This document shows, in pieces, positions 41,779 through 46,481 of a stretch of DNA of 46,481 bases (position 1 is the first letter of the stretch; the number at the start of each line of letters is the position of its first letter). This stretch comes from a virus (lineage: Duplodnaviria > Heunggongvirae > Uroviricota > Caudoviricetes), in the IMG/VR virus record IMGVR_UViG_648861009_000008; one strand, 5' to 3'. Under the pieces are notes generated by a model. That model was not told where the DNA came from. It saw only the letters and a program-made list of their open reading frames with translations, and made no database searches. The translations under genes were made by a program, and so were the position numbers.

Positions 41779-41871
41779 AACAGTTCCGTAATAAATATCC
41801 GGTTTCATTCTTATATGCCAGCAATGGCAGGGATTTGTTCATCCTTAAATCTGTCATGAGGTTAAAACAAA

Positions 41872-44262
41872 ATGAGTAAAGTCTTTATTTGCGCCGCTAT
41901 TCCTGACGAACTGGCAACAAGGGAAGAAGGCGCTGTGGCTGTAGCCACAGCCATTGAAGCTGGCGACGAACGCCGTGCTCGAGCAAAATTTCACTGGCAA
42001 TTCCTGGAACATTATCCGGCTGCTCAGGACTGCGCTTATAAATTTATTGTCTGCGAGGATAAACCTGGCATACCCCGCCCTGCCCTCGATTCATGGGATG
42101 CTGAATATATGCAGGAAAACCGCTGGGATGAGGAGTCTGCTTCTTTTGTCCCGGTTGAGACTGAATCCGATCCGATGAACGTCACTTTTGACAAGCTGGC
42201 CCCTGAAGTACAGAACGCTGTCATGGTTAAGTTCGACACATGTGAAAACATCACCGTTGATATGGTTATTAGCGCACAGGAATTGTTGCAGGAAGACATG
42301 GCAACATTCGACGGACATATCGTTGAAGCGTTGATGAAAATGCCAGAAGTTAACGCCATGTATCCGGAGCTTAAGTTGCACGCCATTGGGTGGGTTAAGC
42401 ATAAATGTATTCCTGGTGCTAAATGGCCCGAAATTCAGGCAGAGATGCGCATCTGGAAAAAACGTCGCGAAGGTGAACGCAAGGAAACCGGAAAATACAC
42501 GTCTGTTGTTGATCTCGCCCGCGCCAGAGCCAATCAACAGTACACTGAAAATTCAACAGGAAAAATCAGCCCGGTCATTGCTGCCATTCATCGCGAATAC
42601 AAGCAGACATGGAAAACACTGGATGACGAACTGGCCTACGCTCTCTGGCCTGGTGATGTGGATGCCGGAAACATTGACGGCAGCATCCATCGCTGGGCAA
42701 AAAATGAAGTTATCGATAACGACCGCGAAGACTGGAAGCGTATCTCGGCATCAATGCGCAAACAGCCTGATGCCCTTCGCTACGACCGCCAAACTATTTT
42801 TGGCCTTGTCCGTGAACGTCCGATCGACATTCACAAAGATCCCGTAGCACTGAACAAATATATCTGCGAATACCTGACGACAAAGGGCGTGTTTGAGAAT
42901 GAAGAAACAGACCTGGGCACTGTTGATGTTCTCCAGTCATCAGAAACACAAACTGATGCAGTGGAAACTGAGGTATCTGATATCCCAAAAAATGAAACCG
43001 CGCCGGAAGCTGAACCATCTGTAGAGCGTGAGGGGCCGTTCTATTTCCTCTTCGCAGATAAGGACGGAGAAAAATACGGTCGCGCAAACAAACTTTCTGG
43101 TCTGGATAAGGCACTGGCTGCTGGCGCCACTGAAATCACAAAAGAAGAATATTTTGCCCGAAAAAATGGCACATACACGGGCTTACCGCAAAATGTAGAT
43201 ACCGCTGAAGATTCAGAACAACCAGAGCCGATAAAAGTTACCGCTGACGAAGTAAACAAAATTATGCAGGCAGCCAATATCATCCAGCCTGACGCCGATA
43301 AGTTGCTTGCTGCATCACGTGGTGAATTTGTTGAAGGGATTAGTGACCCGAATGATCCGAAATGGGTTAAGGGGATCCAGACCCGCGATTCTGTGAACCA
43401 GAACCAGCATGAATCGGAACGGAACTACCAAAAAGCGGAACAAAACAGCCCAAATGCGTTACAAAACGAGCCAGAAACGAAACAGCCTGAATCAGTGGCG
43501 CAACAGGAAGTGGAAAAAGTCTGCACCGCCTGCGGTCAGACCGGCGGCGGCAACTGCCCTGATTGTGGCGCGGTAATGGGCGACGCAACATACCAGGAAA
43601 CATTCGATGAAGAGTATCAGGTTGAAGTTCAGGAAGATGATCCGGAGAAAATGGAAGGCGCTGAACATCCACACAAGGAGAACACTGGCGGCAATCAGCA
43701 TCACGATAGCGATAATGAAACTGGCGAGACGGCAGATCACTCAATTAAGGTGAACGGTCATCACGAAATCACATCCACCAGCAGGACGTGTGACCATCTA
43801 ATGATCGACCTTGAAACCATGGGAAAAAATCCTGATGCCCCGATCATCTCAATAGGTGCAATATTTTTCGATCCGCAAACCGGAGATATGGGACCGGAAT
43901 TTATTAAGACTATCGATCTGGAAACTGCTGGCGGAGTCATTGATCGGGACACCATTAAATGGTGGTTTAAGCAATCACGCGAAGCGCAATCTGCCATTAT
44001 GACCGATGAAATCCCGTTAGATGATGCACTGTTACAATTGCGGGAATTTATCGACGAAAACTCCGGTGAATTTTTTGTTCAGGTCTGGGGAAATGGAGCC
44101 AACTTCGACAACACGATTTTGCGCCGTTCATACGAACGGCAGGGGATCCCCTGCCCGTGGCGTTACTACAACGATCGCGATGTACGCACAATCGTTGAGC
44201 TGGGGAAAGCCATAGACTTCGATGCCAGAACGGCTATTCAATTCGAAGGTGAGCGCCGATAA
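41872..44262 (+). CDS. large prophage protein with C-terminal DnaQ-like DEDDh 3'-5' exonuclease domain; C-terminus truncated here by indels at a contig end, true end probably at 44842
   Basis: Exo motifs MIDLETMG, WGNGANFDNTIL and (in the second copy) HNALDDARYQ; lambda exo position in the pL operon. Confidence 0.8.
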   Translation: MSKVFICAAIPDELATREEGAVAVATAIEAGDERRARAKFHWQFLEHYPAAQDCAYKFIVCEDKPGIPRPALDSWDAEYMQENRWDEESASFVPVETESDPMNVTFDKLAPEVQNAVMVKFDTCENITVDMVISAQELLQEDMATFDGHIVEALMKMPEVNAMYPELKLHAIGWVKHKCIPGAKWPEIQAEMRIWKKRREGERKETGKYTSVVDLARARANQQYTENSTGKISPVIAAIHREYKQTWKTLDDELAYALWPGDVDAGNIDGSIHRWAKNEVIDNDREDWKRISASMRKQPDALRYDRQTIFGLVRERPIDIHKDPVALNKYICEYLTTKGVFENEETDLGTVDVLQSSETQTDAVETEVSDIPKNETAPEAEPSVEREGPFYFLFADKDGEKYGRANKLSGLDKALAAGATEITKEEYFARKNGTYTGLPQNVDTAEDSEQPEPIKVTADEVNKIMQAANIIQPDADKLLAASRGEFVEGISDPNDPKWVKGIQTRDSVNQNQHESERNYQKAEQNSPNALQNEPETKQPESVAQQEVEKVCTACGQTGGGNCPDCGAVMGDATYQETFDEEYQVEVQEDDPEKMEGAEHPHKENTGGNQHHDSDNETGETADHSIKVNGHHEITSTSRTCDHLMIDLETMGKNPDAPIISIGAIFFDPQTGDMGPEFIKTIDLETAGGVIDRDTIKWWFKQSREAQSAIMTDEIPLDDALLQLREFIDENSGEFFVQVWGNGANFDNTILRRSYERQGIPCPWRYYNDRDVRTIVELGKAIDFDARTAIQFEGERR

Positions 44263-44299
44263 TGCACTTGATGACGCCGTTACCAGGCAAAATACGTTT

Positions 44300-44351
44300 N
44301 NNNNNNNNNNNNNNNNNNNNNNNNNNNNNNNNNNNNNNNNNNNNNNNNNNN
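44300..44351. other. assembly gap (52 N) between two overlapping copies of the same ~445-bp sequence
   Basis: 43851..44299 and 44352..44798 are near-identical apart from single-base indels. Confidence 0.9.
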
Positions 44352-44356
44352 AATAG

Positions 44357-44842
44357 GTGCAATATTTTTCGATCCGCAAACCGGAGATATGGACCGAATT
44401 TATTAAGACTATCGATCTGGAAACTGCTGGCGGAGTCATTGATCGGGACACCATTAAATGGTGGTTTAAGCAATCACGCGAAGCGCAATCTGCCATTATG
44501 ACCGATGAAATCCCGTTAGATGATGCACTGTTACAATTGCGGGAATTTATCGACGAAAACTCCGGTGAATTTTTTGTTCAGGTCTGGGGAAATGGAGCCA
44601 ACTTCGACAACACGATTTTGCGCCGTTCATACGAACGGCAGGGGATCCCCTGCCCGTGGCGTTACTACAACGATCGCGATGTACGCACAATCGTTGAGCT
44701 GGGGAAAGCCATAGACTTCGATGCCAGAACGGCTATTCAATTCGAAGGTGAGCGCCATAATGCACTTGATGACGCCCGTTACCAGGCAAAATACGTTTCA
44801 GTTATCTGGCAAAAACTGATCCCGAGTCAGGCTGATTCTTAA
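44357..44842 (+). CDS. exonuclease C-terminal segment (second copy; carries the true 3' end of the gene)
   Basis: 161-aa ORF repeating ...EFIKTIDLETAGGVIDRDTIKWW... and continuing ...HNALDDARYQAKYVSVIWQKLIPSQADS. Confidence 0.6.
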   Translation: MQYFSIRKPEIWTEFIKTIDLETAGGVIDRDTIKWWFKQSREAQSAIMTDEIPLDDALLQLREFIDENSGEFFVQVWGNGANFDNTILRRSYERQGIPCPWRYYNDRDVRTIVELGKAIDFDARTAIQFEGERHNALDDARYQAKYVSVIWQKLIPSQADS

Positions 44843-44914
44843 TGTTCAACTGTCGCCGGTTGTGACTGGTATTCTGCAACCGGCGCTCGTCTAATATAAG
44901 AGATAAAGAAATCG

Positions 44915-45166
44915 ATGAGCGAAGTAATCATGATTGTCTCTCCCGGCAAATGGGTATCCGAAGAGCAGTTAATTGCGCTGAAAGGAATAAAAAAAGGTAC
45001 GTTAAAAAAGGCCCGGGAAAAATCGTTTATGGAAGGAAGGGAATATAAGCATGTCGCTCATGACGGTATGCCATGGGATAACAGTCCATGCTTTTACAAC
45101 CTGGAAGAAATTGATCGCTGGATTGAGCGCCAGGCATCAGCAAGACCAAGACGTCATCTTACTTGA
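44915..45166 (+). CDS. xis: excisionase-like small protein
   Basis: 83-aa basic ORF immediately upstream of the integrase. Confidence 0.55.
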   Translation: MSEVIMIVSPGKWVSEEQLIALKGIKKGTLKKAREKSFMEGREYKHVAHDGMPWDNSPCFYNLEEIDRWIERQASARPRRHLT

Positions 45167-45200
45167 CTAAAAGCCACACTAACTAATGAGAGAAGTTGAA

Positions 45201-46481
45201 ATGAAATATCCGACAGGCGTGGAAAACCATGGAGGGAAATTACGTATCTGGTTTGTTTATAAAGGCGTAAGAGTCAGGGAAAACCTGGGGGTTCCTGACA
45301 CAGCAAAAAACAGGCGCGTTGCAGGTGAGCTACGCGCCTCTGTTTGTTACGCAATAAAAACTGGTGTTTTCGACTATGCAAAACAGTTTCCCTCCTCACG
45401 CAATCTGGAAAAATTTGGTGAGGCCCGACAAGATTTAACCATAAAAGAACTGGCTGAAAAATTTCTGGCACTGAAAGAAACTGAAGTCGCAAAAACATCA
45501 CTCAACACATACCGTGCCGTCATCAAAAATATCCTGAGCATAATCGGTGAAAAAAATCTTGCCTCATCGATTAATAAAGAAAAATTACTGGAGGTTCGTA
45601 AAGAGCTACTGACTGGATACCAGATCCCCAAAAGTAACTATATTGTTACACAACCAGGGAGATCGGCTGTAACTGTAAATAATTACATGACAAATCTTAA
45701 CGCCGTGTTCCAGTTTGGTGTTGATAACGGTTACCTGGTAGATAACCCGTTTAAGGGGATCTCGCCATTAAAGGAATCAAGAACCATTCCGGATCCTCTT
45801 TCGCGGGAGGAATTCATCCGTCTTATCGATGCGTGCAGAAATCAGCAAGCCAAAAATTTATGGTGTGTTTCTGTTTATACTGGCGTTCGCCCTGGTGAGC
45901 TGTGTGCACTTGGATGGGAGGACATAGATCTGAAAAATGGAACAATGATGATCAGGAGAAATTTAGCAAAAGACCGTTTCACGGTACCAAAAACACAGGC
46001 GGGAACCAATCGGGTCATTCATCTTATTAAGCCAGCAATCGACGCTCTCCGGAGTCAGATGACATTAACGAGACTGAGCAAAGAGCATATCATTGATGTT
46101 CACCTCAGAGAGTATGGCAGAACAGAAAAACAAAAATGCACCTTTGTTTTTCAACCTGAAGTGTCAGCGAGAGTAAAAAATTATGGTGACCATTTTACCG
46201 TTGACTCAATAAGGCAGATGTGGGACGCAGCGATAAAACGTGCCGGACTCCGCCATCGAAAATCATATCAGTCGAGACATACTTATGCCTGCTGGTCGCT
46301 GACAGCTGGTGCTAACCCGGCATTTATAGCAAACCAGATGGGCCATGCAGATGCGCAAATGGTATTTCAGGTATACGGAAAATGGATGTCTGAAAACAAT
46401 AATGCACAGGTAGCTTTGTTAAATACACAGTTAAGCGAGTTTGCCCCAACCATGCCCCATAACGAAGCAATGAAAAATTAA
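45201..46481 (+). CDS. intQ: tyrosine integrase (lambda Int family)
   Basis: 427 aa from MKYPTGVENHGGKLRIWFVYKG...; C-terminal catalytic region with ...RHTYACW...; stop at the last base of the window. Confidence 0.9.
   Translation: MKYPTGVENHGGKLRIWFVYKGVRVRENLGVPDTAKNRRVAGELRASVCYAIKTGVFDYAKQFPSSRNLEKFGEARQDLTIKELAEKFLALKETEVAKTSLNTYRAVIKNILSIIGEKNLASSINKEKLLEVRKELLTGYQIPKSNYIVTQPGRSAVTVNNYMTNLNAVFQFGVDNGYLVDNPFKGISPLKESRTIPDPLSREEFIRLIDACRNQQAKNLWCVSVYTGVRPGELCALGWEDIDLKNGTMMIRRNLAKDRFTVPKTQAGTNRVIHLIKPAIDALRSQMTLTRLSKEHIIDVHLREYGRTEKQKCTFVFQPEVSARVKNYGDHFTVDSIRQMWDAAIKRAGLRHRKSYQSRHTYACWSLTAGANPAFIANQMGHADAQMVFQVYGKWMSENNNAQVALLNTQLSEFAPTMPHNEAMKN

Overview
The window is almost entirely one Qin-like lambdoid prophage of Escherichia coli, read here in reverse lambda order. 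The most interesting candidate for an undescribed system is a 595-aa orphan ORF (35380..37167) that sits on the opposite strand to the phage early operon, directly beside an IS5 end, with lower GC and a C-terminal RNxxxH (HEPN-like) motif. Its function is inferred from context and a short motif only.

Gene order, left to right:
- 1..1284: the 3' part of the host MFS transporter gene ydfJ, cut at its 5' end by the prophage junction near 1285.
- 2070..6804: ydfK, Pin-family DNA invertase, tail-fibre assembly protein and a 973-aa side tail fibre.
- 6863..7462: a Lom/Ail-like outer-membrane protein flanked by two terminators.
- 7529..17911: lambda-like tail genes J, L, M, H, G/T, V, U, Z, FII; K and I are hidden in an N-run.
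- 17953..24239: ClpP-protease/capsid fusion, portal, W, terminase large and small subunits, followed by a lambda-like cos site near 24414.
- 24800..30330: small accessory genes, three cold-shock paralogs and a phage-21-type lysis cassette (pinholin, SAR endolysin, Rz/Rz1).
- 30750..33534: antiterminator Q with a candidate late promoter and terminator, ydfU, rem and hokD.
- 34716..35173: the right end of an IS5 element.
- 37386..39991: an O-like replication initiator containing iterons, and the divergent DicC/DicA immunity pair.
- 40184..41778: the ydfABC-dicF-dicB-ydfD operon, including the DicF sRNA.
- 41872..46481: a DnaQ-like exonuclease, an excisionase-like ORF and a tyrosine integrase.

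Three N-runs (9892..10730, 33536..34715, 44300..44351) are assembly gaps. Several apparent frameshifts sit in homopolymer runs or at gap edges (tape measure, gnsB-like gene, exonuclease, IS5 transposase), so sequencing error is as likely as gene decay. All gene identities come from reading the translations and from memory of the lambda and E. coli K-12 protein families; no database search was run.
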